Origin: Octopus sinensis
Lineage: Eukaryota
Length of the DNA: 64,000 bases
Assembly: GCF_006345805.1 (NCBI RefSeq)
Contig: NC_042997.1
Span: 172,918,001-172,982,000, forward strand
Direction of reading: 5' to 3'
The translations under genes and the position numbers were made by a program. Shown here one piece after another: positions 24,101 through 38,110 of the stretch; the first letter of the stretch is position 1; every line of letters begins with the position of its first letter. Under the pieces are notes generated by a model, which searched no databases, was not told where the DNA came from, and saw only the letters and a program-made list of their open reading frames with translations.

Positions 24101-25435
24101 ACGAAATGTTTGATAGCATAATCTGAATGCTAAATGGTTAAGAGGACCCAACTGAATATGCAGTGATTAAGCATCAGAAAAATATAGCATAGCCAAGAGC
24201 CAGAGCTATTGTCTACCTAATTACTATTGAGCTTGACACTTCTGAAGCTGCTGCTGCCACACTGTAACAAATATTATTTACCACAAGAATCGGTTATTTC
24301 ACACTAGACTGCTGTTTTAGGTTCAATATATTTTGAGAAGAGTTATTGTTGTAACCTTCACACCTCACATGGCAATCAGCAGTTTTAATTCAGAAGAGAT
24401 TTCTTTCACAGTTTCTAGAACAGCGCTTTCATTTATCACAATCTGTTTCCTTCAAATATATTTTGACTTTTCAAATAGTCTTCAAATCTAATTTAATTTT
24501 TTTTATTCACTTTCTACTTCCAGCAGAAACGCTGCATAATTATTTTAACTATTTTAGTCATTAAGGTTTTTAAAAATTTCTACTCAAGACAAAACCACCA
24601 GAGAATATTATTTTTAATTACTCATTTCTTACTAAATAAGTTATTTGGTTATAAGAAAGAAAAAAAATCTTTTTAAAATTCTCAACTAAAATTGTATGTT
24701 CTGCAAAGTATTAAATTCTTAAGTTTTTTTTTATTCATTTTAATTATTTTTTTAAAGTCTCACAAGAGATTTAATAACTATTTCATATACATAACAGTAA
24801 TTTTATTGTTTGAAGTTTTATGGTTAAAACCTGTATTTTACAAAATAATGTCTTAAATTGTAACTGTAGAAACAATTGCTTGCCCTCTTAGAAGTATCTG
24901 CTTATCGTACAACATTATCTACAGGTATAGCATCATTATTGTAAATGATACTCACTAGCATATGAGATCTACTTCTAACTCTTAAATGTTGTTATAACAT
25001 ATATATGCACAGCTTTAAAAATAAAGAGAAATCATTTAATTCAACTAGAGTAGCTAAATACAGATCAATGTTAATTCGATGAATACAAACTATGATCTAC
25101 ACAAGGACATTATAACAAGAACTTCTTACATAAGAAACAATAAAGAATGCAGATTATGTTCTACTGAAATATACTGCATTTTCTTAGGTAGCAAAACAAA
25201 TTACTTAAGCTAAAACAGGAATGCTTTTTGTATTGCAAACATAAAATCTAAAAGAGTGGTTGGCGTTAGGAAGGGCATCCAACTGTAGAAACTCTGCCAG
25301 ATCAGATTGGAGCCTGGTGCAGCCATCTGGTTCACCAGCCCTCAGTCAAATCGTCCAACCCATACCAGCATGGGAAGCGGATGTTAAATGATGATGATGA
25401 TATATATATATACTAGTAGATATAAGTAAATAAGT

Positions 25436-25468
<33 letters not shown>

Positions 25469-26384
25469 AGGAGTAAGTATTGTCCACCTTTTTCATCTAC
25501 TACCAAATTTCTTAGCTATTTATCAACATTAACTTGAAATTTTCTTTGATCTATAATAGTTGAGATGTCCAGCTTCACCTTTCCTTACATACTCTGACTA
25601 TAGTTGTTATCATTCCTTTTTTTCTTTCTATCCTTATTACACTGGCAAAATACAAATAATAAATTCCTTTGCTTAACTACTATATAGAGAATGTTCCAAA
25701 TTTACACAGTTCTGATTTATCTCTGCCTACCAAGTAAAGTTGGTCGATATCAGTGGATTAAATTAGCAGTTTTCTTCTGAAGATCTGGCATCACAAGGTG
25801 ATAATGTAATCATCTATGTAATGATTCTTGCACAATATACTGCCATCCACTAGTGAAACACATGTAAAGATTAATTTGTGATGTTATAATAAAGTGTTTA
25901 ACTAATTCTCCTGTTGAATTCTGCTCTCAGATATACACTCTGTAAATTATGTTTAATATTTGATTGGAAGTTGGATATACATGGATTTATATGAAGTGCT
26001 AAGAATTGGTTAACTGTTACGCTATCTAAATATCTACATACACATACACACATGAATGTATATATGTGTGTGTCTGTGTGTATGATTGTTTGTATAGACA
26101 GATAGATAGAAATGCTTACCATTCCAAGAGCTACCAATTAAATTAAAGTACACTCAAAATAGTGATAACAGGATCTTCAAGTTGTACTGAGATTTCTTTG
26201 ATATGGGACCAAATTAACAAGCTATCATATGGAGGAAATCATTAGTTTAGGGAGGGGTTATTACATCCCCAAAATTATTTTATTTTATTCTGTCCTTTTA
26301 AATTTTTTTGTGATTTAAAAAAAAACAAAAACTTTCAAGTGCAACAGCTGGAACCACTTTCATGAATGTTCCATTAATTCTTTC

Positions 26385-26605
26385 TACTAAAGCACAAGGC
26401 CTGGAATTTGGATGCGGGGTGGGGGTGGGGTGGGGGGCTAGTCAATTATGTTGATCCCAGTACACTACTGGTACTTATTTCATCAACTCCAAAAGGATGA
26501 AAAGTAAAGTTGGCCTTGGTGGAATTTGAACTCAGAACGTAAAGATGGGTGAAATGCTGTTAAGCATTTTGCCTGGCATGCTAATGATTCTGACAGCTTG
26601 CCATT
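26385..26605 (-). mobile_element. SINE family 3 copy containing a G-run expansion
   Basis: Collinear with family 3. Other isolated minus copies: 34085-34290, 45935-46310, 53470-53640, 60400-60620, 61965-62290. Confidence 0.85.
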
Positions 26606-29600
26606 TTCTGATGTTCTATTAATGCAATATATAAATTCATTCAATATGAAAATATTCATTTTCAAATAATAAATGAAGAAAAGAAAATCTACCTCCATTG
26701 TTTGATAAAAAACCCCAAAAACTTGGAACGCTTCTGAGCCACTTTAACTCTTTTGTCACCAACCTGTCTGCGACTGTTCTGTTTCTCTAATACAAAACCT
26801 CATTTCAAGAGTTCACATCTAAACCAAAATCTTCCAACTTAATATTATGTTAGACTGTTATTTTGCTAACATTAATGTGGTAATGAAAATATTTAGTTGT
26901 TTTTATAAATATTTTGCAATGCATAATAATTTTCAAAATTAATTAAAACCTATAGACAATCTATTTTATTTGAAATAGGGTCATAAAAGAATTACACCCA
27001 TCCACCAACTTGATTGAAACTGATTTTAATACTTCAATGCAAAACTTTTTTTTTTGTGTGTGTTCATAATTAAATTTAAATCTTCCATTATTAGCATGTA
27101 ATATACGAAACTTTTCTTCCAAATACCAGCCCAGCTTAATCTATTAAATAATGAAAAATTAATTCTTCTAATAAATATTTCAATAAATCCCTCTGAAATT
27201 CTTGATTATTTTCGAAATTAATCAGAACAAATAGGTAATGTATTTTGATGAAATATGGTCATAGAAGGGTTAAAAGATTTAATTATGGAGCTGTCACAAA
27301 ATGCTACAAAATGAAAATATTCAAACTAATAACACTGAAAAACCCTGTCCGCAACTGAGACAGAACTTATCCATGCTACAACTGGGCCAGAACATGGTGG
27401 TTTGAAAAATAGCAAGAACTGTTTGAATTTTCTGACATTCATTGAAATTCAGCTAAAATTTACAAATAACCAATTTGCTCAGAACACATTTACAGATATA
27501 GATAAAAAAATTAAAAGGAATTAGGAATATAAGGAGCTGTAGAAAAAGAAAAGGAAGACATCAAGCTAGAAATTAGATGGAATTTTTTAGAGAAACATTA
27601 AAATACAAAGTGCTTTAAAGTCTAGCCTGTCTTGCTAAAAGGACAAAATGACCGTGCTAGTACCATGATAAAGTAGCTAAGGAACAAACAACATATCTCT
27701 AATCAATCACAGAAAGCTATCTTCAAAAATAATAAATTAAAACTTCTCCAAGATGTAAGAGTAATTAAAATAAGTTCCCACCTATGAATATATGTGTGTA
27801 TGTATTTTATTCAAACTAAATGTTTTTTAGACTTGACATTTCTATTGAGTTCTTTGTCAGTTATTGTTACTTAGTGTTTTCAAGATTTATTATACACGCA
27901 TACATTTTTTTCAATATAGTTCTTGTTAATGTTCTAGTACCAGGTTTCCAGCTGATGGAGACAAGTGTTTTTTCAACTACAGTTCAAAACACAAATGACA
28001 CTTCCCCATAGTAATTGATGAATGTATTATTATCAGCTATAATGGTGGAGTACCATTTGTGTTTTAATTTTTGAATTCTGGTTGAAAAAAAATAATCATC
28101 TTTGTCAGCAGGCATCTCATGTACCAGAAAATTAACAATAATTCTTATAAAAAGAAATTTCTTAATGTTCAGTACTCACTGTACCTACAAGTGAATGTGT
28201 GTGTGTGTGTATACATACATACATGCATGCAAAAATATGTATGTATATAGCAAATATATTTTTGTCAAAAATATTAAAAGATGTAATGCAAAATACAAAC
28301 AGAAAAAAAACATGCTATATTAATGATAGGAAAAAGTTAGACCACTGTGAATCAGAAACCAAAAGTACAATGACGTTTGTCTACAGACAACCTTTGGCAA
28401 TCCAAAAAGAGAGCTTCTATGCAGTTGCTTCACCCAATAGAAATAGAAAAATTACATCAAATCACACTATTCTTTAAATAAAAAAGCTGGATACATCTAA
28501 TTCTAGATATGCAAATAGACATCTTTAATCATATGGCTGGAGCATCTTTAATCATATGTTTGTTTATTTAGAGATAAACAACAATAGTAAACTGCTTTTG
28601 TTCTCAGTCATAGATGGAACATGGATACATAAGAGAATAATTCTACTGAATAACAGATGCCGGTTTCATCCTTATTAAGTGAAGCCCTCATCTATTTAAA
28701 TGAACTTCCCTGTTAAAAAAAAAACATGCACCCACAAAACTTTGAATAATGTGGTGCAGATTCAACATTTTATTAAATACTTACAACTCCAACTAAATGT
28801 ATTGAGTGCTACATTCATTAATTTGTTCACCTATTCATATAACTGCTCCACTCACGTTTTTTTATTTTTAAGATACTAGAGTATAATTTGAGCTTCAACC
28901 TTGATTTGATAAACAACATGAAAAAATTAAAATTTAAACATCCTTCTAGCTCCTTTCTATATGCCTGAAACATTCACATGATAAACATCAAATGATCACT
29001 AAATGTACACATTCTTGTTAATAAGACAAAAAGCATAGGAAAAGAAACATATCCTTGCAGTACAACAAGAAAGCCAACCTTTCTCTTCAAGCTTATTGAC
29101 CACTAAGGACCCGGAAATACCACCCAATGCCTTGCTGGCTTATGCACAATTGCTGCAGGGTATATAATCCCTGCTAACCATACAAAGATGCCAACCTACT
29201 ATCCCCTGGCAGCTGTGCTTATCACACGATCTCATATGTAACGTCATGCTACCAAATTGTTTACTTTTCCACATATAAACTGTTGTTGCCGAAATGATTT
29301 ACCCAGCAGAATGCCAACTAACTGATGCCAACATGGAGCATGCAATGAAAGAACTGATGTCACTAGATAGTTAAAACACCCATTGTGATCTGAACTGACC
29401 ATGGAAAGCCTAAATATTCTAACCTCGAAACCATTTAAAATTTCTTTTAAAATTCTCTCCATTCTGATGATGCTGCCATGTTTTGTGCCCAAGAAATTTT
29501 ATGTGGAGCCAATTCAACTGGCTATTAAACACACACACACATACATACATACATACATCAAACAAGGGTGCTTCCTTAGCATAAAATGAAGCCTGGAACT

Positions 29601-29924
29601 ACTGTGTACTACACATCTTCTTATAATTAGAAAAAGAAAAAAAAAACTAAACAAAGACCCTATTTTTTTATACTTGCGACATGATGGGCAACTTTCATGA
29701 CTAGCCCTTGTGTGTGTAACAGCCAATGTGTGTATCTCTACAATGGAATATATCAGCATGTAGAAGGCACACAAATAGTAGTAGAGATCTTCATTATCAA
29801 ACAATACAGAATGGATTAAAGAGCTGATTTTGTGTACAAGTGTAGAAACAAGAATGAAAGCATGAGCTACTGTAGAGATAATACTTTAGACAAAAAAAAA
29901 ACACACACACATCTCTACATGGTT

Positions 29925-30095
29925 TCTTAATCTGCTAGAAATAGCACTAATCTGCCTCAAATCACACTTTACAAAAAAAAAGTGCTGCCTCAATAAAAAG
30001 ATACTTTGGATAATGTCCTGGAAGAGACAGTATGCTTTTGATTATATAGATTTGTCTGATCAGGGTTGACCAAGGGCTAAACAACAACACTGAAC
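29925..30095 (+). mobile_element. Short interspersed repeat (family 5) ending in ctaaacaacaac
   Basis: ctagaaatagca..aa..t.cctcaaatcacac...ggataatgt...gctgacc..gggctaaacaacaac. Diverged copies near 5295, 5665, 36580, 40965, 46400, 57140, 63140 (+) and 3040, 50720 (-). Confidence 0.65.
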
Positions 30096-30208
30096 TATGA
30101 GAAACAAAAAAGAAAGCAAAAAAAAAAACAAACAAAAAAAAAAACAAAGCAAAAAAGTCAATATCGAGATGTCACATGCAGAAGAAACTAGTAAACACAG
30201 ACACTGAC

Positions 30209-30356
30209 CTTGTGCTGCACCGCCATCGTGACCTGATACTGCTTGCTGTGCTGCTGCAGCTGCTGCTGTTTTAGCTGCATATAAATTTGCTTCTTCCTGC
30301 GCTTTACCAATATTCTTTTTATACCGAATTCGTTTATTTCCAAACCAGTTCGATAC
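30209..30356 (-). CDS. PBX: PBX exon 6 equivalent: homeodomain helix 3 and C-terminal extension with poly-Ala, 148 nt, phase 0 to 1
   Basis: Translates [49 protein letters not shown](G). Acceptor cttttcgctgcag|GTA, donor CAAG|gtcagt. Confidence 0.97.
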
Positions 30357-30831
30357 CTGCAGCGAAAAGATTGTTTGAGAAATCTTAGGGGGCAAAGGTG
30401 CAGACAAGTTTAACGCAGAGCAAACACAATAAATTATTCATCAAAGGATATTTCGAACGCTTTGAATCATTAAAGACACAAACACAACACAATACAAGGT
30501 ATAGAGCAGTAGAAACCCAGTCACAGGCATTGTATTTGGTATTTAGTGTTTTAACAAATATTCTATGTACAAAAAAAAAAAAAAAAAAAATTTTAACCCC
30601 CAAGATTCTCAAATTAATCATAGTTATTTAACAGCTGTTTCGTTTGGCTTTGTGTTTCCTAATTCAGCTCTGATTGTGTACACCTTTGATCAAAGGCATC
30701 AAGACGATGCTCATCATAGCTTTGTTCAAAATATAATGTATCCAGGATTACATTTCCAGAATGAATGTCTCCTCTTCATTTAATTAACTAACACCCTTTC
30801 CTTCTTCTGTTGCATTTGTGCCAATATTCAT

Positions 30832-31140
30832 CATCATCATTGCTTACCATTTGCTTTCCATGCTATCATGGGTTGGATGGTTTGACTGAGGGCTGGCGAA
30901 CCAGATGGCTGCACCAGGCTCCAATCTTGATCTGGCAGAGTTTCTACAGTTGGATGCCTTTCCTAATGCCAACCACTCTGAGAGTGTAGTGGGTGCTTTT
31001 ACGTGCCACCAGCACGGGGGCCAGTCAGGCAGTACTGGCAACGACCTCGCTCTAATCTTTTTACACATGCCACCAGCACAGGTGCCAGTAAGGCGATGCT
31101 GGTAACAATCACGCTCCAATGGTGCCTTTTACATGCCACC
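30832..31140 (-). mobile_element. RTE 3'-UTR-derived repeat
   Basis: Matches the 2190-2610 tail in reverse. Related copies: 3415-3630 (+), 11754-11790 (+), 20920-21285 (+), 25253-25400 (+). Confidence 0.85.
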
Positions 31141-33296
31141 TTTTACAGGCCAATATTAGAAATCATTAATATTTAATTCAATTTTTGTTTTTCTAATCAG
31201 TTAGTCAGATGACAGCAGTGTCCACAACCTCTGTAGGCTCTTCCAAATTGATGAGAGGGTGATGTGGTTGATATCCAACTCGAATATCAGCAAAGAGCAA
31301 ACTGAAAGTCTGATCCAAAGGCCTGTAACAGAATGAACCCTGCTAGACTGAAGGATGAATTGACAATTAAATGATATAACACAAATTCACACAAAAGCAT
31401 ATGTATGAGAAACATATTTAATTTGCTGGAATTGAACTGATGATCATTCATCATCATTATCATCATCATTTTATATCCATTTTTCCATGCATAATTTGCA
31501 TCTTAATTCCATTGATAAATAAAAGTAGCTATTATGAACAAAATATGCCAGACATAATTTTCCCTTCTTTTTATACCCGCTTATTTAAATTAAAAAAAAA
31601 AAATTTTTTTTACCAAATACGTATGTAACAATACAGTGACTAATAACTGAAGGTATATAACCATGAACCAATTAATGAAAAGGTTAAATAGTTTACATAA
31701 GTCATTCATAGAATGATGAATAACAACAATACATTAAAAATAACAACAAAAAAAACATGCAAAACAAAATGCGTTTTAGTTTTGTTTTGCCAAACGGAAA
31801 GCAATTTTGTGTTAAAATAGCTTTACAATGATTTTGGAATTCACAGAAAGAATTATACATAGAAATGATGTAATGATCAAAGTTACAAATTATTGACAAC
31901 AATAAGAACTATCAAACATGATTTTTTTTAAAAATCCAACATACTTTCAAACAATAAAATAAAATGTAAAATGACCGTTACATTCTGATACAGCAATTTC
32001 ACCTACTTAAACAAAAAAACTAAACAGTATATAATGCATTTAATTTCGTTTTTATCTTTTTCTTTGTGTAAAATAGATCAAGAGACTTTGTAGTAACTGA
32101 AATTTCACTATGTCTAGAAGTTAGAAACTTTAAAGACAAAAGCAAATTAATAAAAATTAGCAAAAAGAAAAAAAATGAAAAATGAATTTCAGATTTTGTA
32201 AGTGATCATGTAAAACATTTCAAATGGCAAATTATGTTTTATTTTTAGTAACAATACCAAGCATGAGCCATATAAAAATTTCAGAAAATATTTTTAGTTG
32301 TAAATTTTTGTGTGTGTATGAGGTCATATCATGCTGAAGAGATCTCTATAAAGGGTGAAATGCAGTAATATACATGATTATCACTTGACTAGAAATTTTA
32401 AGGAACTTGTAATAAGTAATGAATGAAAGAATGAATCAATAAATAAATATGCGAGTTCTCTACATCTTTTTTTCCTAATAATTTCTTAATTTCAAATCCT
32501 GCCAAACATTATGAAGAAATGATTATCTCCCTTGTAATTGCTTCTTAGGGGAAAATATGCATGCGTGTGTGTGTGTATTCAAAATTGAGACCTCTGTGAA
32601 ACTCCTTTGAGTTTCTCATTCTGTTCTCACAGCAACTTACAACAAGGCCTTTTTTTTCTTTCACATTATACATACATCTTTGCAGATCTACCCAGACAAA
32701 GATTATGTGCGTATATGTATGTGCATGTGTGTGTGTGTGTGTATGCATACTCATACACACACACAGTCTCTTTTTCCCCCTTTCACACTTTCTCTCTCCC
32801 TATATCAACATAAAATGAATCTACGGTTATACATGGGTAAACAAATGTAATGTTAAGTGAAGTGTACATTCCAAATGTTTAGGCTTCAGACTTAGTCAGC
32901 AGAAAATGAAAGCTACCATGATGCTATATGAATGAAATATTTTCAAACCAAGTATGTATATCTATAAATACATACATGTGTATACACACACATGCATAGA
33001 GAAACATTTACATACATATATACAAAGAAATATTGACTCACAAACACACACACACACATATATATCTTCTGTTTATGTACAGAAATATAGTTTATATTTG
33101 TCCATGTAATTATGATCTCATTATTGTGTCCATTCACACATCTCCATTGATATAAATTCATTCATAGGTTGTTGTTTTTCCCTATAAGTCGATCATTTTC
33201 TATTTATCAATTATTCTTCAGGCAGTTATTGTTTACACTGACCCTTCAGTCTAGGATAATAATGATGATGATGATGATAATAATAATAATAATAAA

Positions 33297-33876
33297 TATC
33301 CTGATGCAGTACCAGACAGTGGTTATGTCATGATACAGTAACCAGACAGTGGCTCTCATGGCTTCTAATCTTAACTAACTTGAAGTGTTATCATGTACAT
33401 TGTTTTGTTTTCATATAAAAGATGGGCTACAGCAAATATTCCGCTCAATACTACAGATTTGCTTGTCAGTTGTTTGACCACCACCAGTTGAGCATGTCCC
33501 TTGGTGGCTGATGATATGTTCATTTCTGATCATGAGCAGAAGTAGTGGGGGAAGCATCATAGTCAAGTGTTGAGAGGAATTCTTTGGGGTTTGGATAATT
33601 CACCTCTGGAAACATGGGTATCTCGTTCAACATCTTTAACCTTTATTCAGGGATCTTTTGAGCAGGATGGGCTACTCAATCTGAAGAAAATTCTAACCTG
33701 GCCTCACCTGCAAGCTCATGCGCTGTTTATCTTCATATGAGATCACCATGGCATGCACATATTGTTGTGATGCATGTGCCTGGTGTACTCTTATCAAACG
33801 GGTAGTCATGATGGGTATACTGGGTTTCGTATATTTTACCACAGTGTCAATTTGATGACATGCACAGCTCTCACTC
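33297..33876. repeat. Unclassified ~580-bp interspersed repeat (family 4) flanked by (AAT)n
   Basis: A second, diverged copy at about 44178-44650 is collinear. Confidence 0.8.
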
Positions 33877-36758
33877 AATAATAATAATAATAACAGAACA
33901 TGCGCAGAAAACAGTTTTATTGGGGACAGCGAAGATCTTGAGATTGGTACTTGGGTGTTAAGTATTATAGAAAGAAACTTTGTGAGACCTTTAACAACAG
34001 GTTGCTGTCTGCTCTCACAGAATTAACAGAAGCAAATGAAATTGAGAGTTCTGAGTAGTGATATGGAAATAATAAAAATATTAATCCTTTTTACTATAGG
34101 CACAAAGCCTGAAATTTTGGGGGAGTGGGCTTAGCTGGTTACATCGACTCTAGCGCTCTACATCAATGCCAGAAGGATGAAAGGCAACATCAACCTTGGC
34201 AGAATTTGAACTCATAACACAAAGATAGACAAAAGGCCACCAGGCATTTTACCTTGGGAGTTAACGATTCTGCCAGCTTGCTGCCTAAGATACTACTACT
34301 ACTACTAATAATAATAATAACAACAACAATGTTGGAATACAATGACAATAGAATTGGATAGAATGTTGTATACTAATCATGAAATTTGAGTTCTTTACCA
34401 GAAGTTGTTGAAAAATGAAAGAACCAAAACCACAATAGCATAATAACTAACATAATATGAAACATTGCAACAATGGAGGTGAAGCCAGACTTCTACATCA
34501 TTGATGCTGTAGTTGTTGTTAACCCTGCGCCACTGCCAACCCACCCCACTCACTCTGATCCAACAGACCACTGATCAAAGGTGCTCCAAACAGTAACCAT
34601 CTTGAATTGTCTTTGTTTCTTAAGATGTCATCATAATCGACACCGTTATCACCTCATTGTCTCATTTCTATATATTCGCATATATGAAGAGATCAGCTCT
34701 GGTCTTCCAGTTCTCTTTCTCTCTAAATGCTACATTTCTTTAGGAATAGTTACTTCTTGAAATGAGTATCCGCACACAGCTTCTTTGTACCATTTTTTCT
34801 CCTCCTTTACCGTTTTACTTTTATTTCTCTATGATTTAAAAAGCCAAGTTTTTCTTGTTAAAACAATTGTCTTTACAGCCAAATTTCCTTCCTCAGACCA
34901 CATTACTCAGCCATAAAATGCTATACAAGGAGAGAAAGTTTTTAGCCTGGCTTAGCTGAGAGCAGAAATAAGACAATGGCAATGGTTGTAGTAGGGCTTG
35001 AACTCATGGACTATATGGTTAGTGGTTTAAGCAAATTAACCACACACACCTCGATCATTGTGTCTTACAAGAGAGCCTATTCATGGCTATTTACTCTGCA
35101 AGAAACAGCAGCCATATCTCCATAATCTGGTTAGTTATGAATGAAGTTTCATATTCTAACAAACTGGAACACAACAAAACAAGAGCGAGGAGGGGGAACC
35201 CCCCCACCACCACCACCACCACCACCAAATATATATATATAATTGAAAAGAAATGAGATATTTTACCCAGAGATTTTGAAAAGCGGAAGTAAACTACTCC
35301 ACCCAGACGCGCTCCTGCACAAGCATAAGCACATGCACTCTTGCTGCACACACACACACACACACACACAGAGGAGAATCTGAAAATAATATTTCTAAAA
35401 AAGTGCTATAGACTGAAATGCTCAATAAACAAACCATCAAACAGAACTTTAAAATGATCTGAAATATTAATCACATCTGTGAATGAGGTGTGTGTATGTG
35501 TATGTGTGTTAGCATTTATATATATATTCATTCACAAGAGTACAAGAGCAAACGTGACAGTGTGCATATGTGTGTATGTGTCTGTTAGGTTAAGAGTTTT
35601 TTTTTTTATAAATGACTTGAAATAGGTTTGTTTTAATGGATGCAGTTTTATTGAAAATAAGACACAAGTGGGCAGACATAAATTCAGTGATGAATTCAGA
35701 GCAATGGATAAGGTGGAGAGTATATATGCAGATGAGGGCGGTGTGTGCGTGTGTGTGTGTGTGGGTGGGTGGGTTCTCGCATGCACTGTCATCAGAAGCA
35801 AAAAAAAAAAAAAAATGCCTTTTCCATAGCTATGATAAAAATTGAATTAAAATATGTGAAAATAAAATAAAAAATAAATAGAATTTATGAAATTATTAGA
35901 TGGGTGTAGTTGATAATTTACAAGTATTTATCAGCTGACATTGATGATAATTTATTTTTGATGTAATTAAGCAAAGGCATTAAAGAATTTTGATAGGTGT
36001 AAGTAATGAGCAACTGCCTTAATTTCAACCAGTTAAAAACAAACAGCAAAAAGCACAAGGGCAATTTAGTTTAAATAATATATTTATAAGTGTATATGTG
36101 ACATAGCACAGTAGCATGAAATTAACCAAAAACAACAAATATACAAAAAAAACTCAAAAACCCCCAGGTAATCAATAAATACAATTAGAGAAATATGGTA
36201 AGCATTCTCTGAAGGAACTTAAATTACATTTAAAAAAGCAAAAAAAAAAACAAAAAAAAAACTGATGTTTCGAATGATTGTGGTCAACCTAGGGTGATGT
36301 TTCCATACCAAATTGATCCTCTATTTGACTGGATCTTCAACCGTTTAGATTACTCTGCCAAATCTAATGCTTATTTATTCACACTGATTTGAATTAATCA
36401 TGCATTATCTTGTAGCTTTGGGATTTCAGTACGATTGTATATTTTTTAGAATGACATATCTGGATAAGTAAGAGTCCAGATCTGGTTGGTTTGAACATAA
36501 AACAAGCAGAAAATTTAGGCAGGATATGGCTGGTTTTACATGCTAAAGGGTTAAGCCAACAAGTGGGCTATTATATCGTTCAGTCTACAAGAAGAGCTGC
36601 CAAATCACATACTGAATCAGCACTTTGTTTAAAAAAAAAAACAAAGAAAAGTCACATTGGATAATGTAGTCTTAGATGGGCTATGCATGAAAAACAAAAT
36701 AAACCAATGGTCATGGCTGGAATAATTTTAATCATGCCTGCTTGATCAGAACTGATTT

Positions 36759-37292
36759 AATAATAATAATAATAATAATTGTGTACAGTGCTCAGGTGCA
36801 CTACAACTCATCTAAAGTGTATATATAATCAGGTGTAGTTTCAGCGGATTTCGGAAAGCATGAGGGCCTTAAAAGATGCAGTGTCATGGCAGTCAACAAC
36901 TGACGCAGGCAGTTTATTCCATGCTTCAGCAACTCTGAGCGTGAAAAAATGTTTCCGAAAGTCATGGGAGCTGTATTGTTTTCTGACTTTGTAGGCATGT
37001 CCACGTGTGTTAGACACATGAAGATCAAAAAGGTGTTCAGTGTTGTTGTTGGTGAGGTGGTTGATAACCTTGTGGGTGTTTACCAAGTCCGTCGCCAGAC
37101 GCCGGAGCTTCAGTGAATCCATGCCCAGGGAAACAAGGCGCTCAGAATACGGTAGGTGTCTGATGGAGGGTATGCGTTTGGTTGCACGTCTCTGGACAGA
37201 TTCCAGGAGGTCAATGTTCTGTGCAAGATAGGGGTTCCAAACTGATGATGCGAATTCCAAGTGTGGTCGTACCATAGCTGTATACAGTTTTA
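36759..37292 (-). mobile_element. 5'-truncated CR1-clade LINE: ORF2 C-terminus, 3' UTR and (ATT)n tail
   Basis: ORF 36841-37275 reads ...LYTAMVRPHLEFASSVWNPY...LESVQRRATK...YSERL..LG..SL..RR...TRGH...RKHFFT.RV..AWN.LP, typical of the CR1 post-RT region. Ends in an ATT tail. Confidence 0.93.
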
Positions 37293-37879
37293 AATAGATA
37301 AGACAAAGTAGTCCTGGGTGGGATTTGAACTTAAAATATAAAGGGACACAACATGTAGATTTCTAATTGGTGTTAGAACTAGGTGTTTGGAATTTTGCAG
37401 CTGAATACAAGTGTTGGTGCTAAAGAGTCAACTACCAATAAGAAACATAAACTGATTATTAGCCATGCCTTAATGCACTTCTTAGAACCATCACACACAA
37501 GAGTTGTATCATGAGCGGGTCATTCATTATGACTGCAATAAATGCACACTTCTTTATTTGTCATTTTGCCAATTGGTTAACAGCTCAATCAACTAGGTTT
37601 ATCAAAGTCCTTTCATAGCCATTTGTGATCTCATCAACAGCATGCAAAGACTGTTTCAGATCTGTCTGTCCATCAGGTCAGCCTCTCTCCTGGTTTACAG
37701 GTTCTATATCTACATGGATATGAGTGAGAATGTATGTGAGAGAGGGACTGAGAATGGGGGAAAGAAGAATGTGTAGGTATATATGAGAGCATATTTGTGC
37801 ATGTATGTGCATTTGTGTGGTGTAACAAACTCTGTGAGAGAGAATGTGTGTACAAAATTTATATATATATATATATATA

Positions 37880-38110
37880 TTATATAAAAGGCTTAGTAAA
37901 ATAAATTACTTTGCCGCATACTGAACCTTAGCATTTGATTTTTCGATGTCATTACCCCAAAACTTTTGTGAGTTAAATTATGCAAACACTATATATGAGA
38001 GAGATTTTCTTTAAGTATTAGAAATAGCCTTAAAAAAGTTTTTTAGCTGCTATTTCTAATGAGTTCAGTATGCGGCAAAGTAATTTATTTTACTAAGCCC
38101 TTTTATATAA
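37880..38110. mobile_element. MITE with ~47-bp terminal inverted repeats in a TA-rich site
   Basis: ttatataaaaggcttagtaaaataaattactttgccgcatactgaac (37880-37926) is the reverse complement of 38063-38110 apart from one extra base. Confidence 0.85.

Noticed and set aside
26114-26119. Consensus minus-strand donors GTAAGC here and GTGAGT at 22910-22915 and 13797-13802
   Set aside because: No good upstream acceptor with an open, PBX-like frame. Such hexamers are frequent by chance.
29244-29492. 82-aa minus-strand ORF downstream of exon 6
   Set aside because: No PBX similarity and no convincing splice sites. The length is expected by chance.
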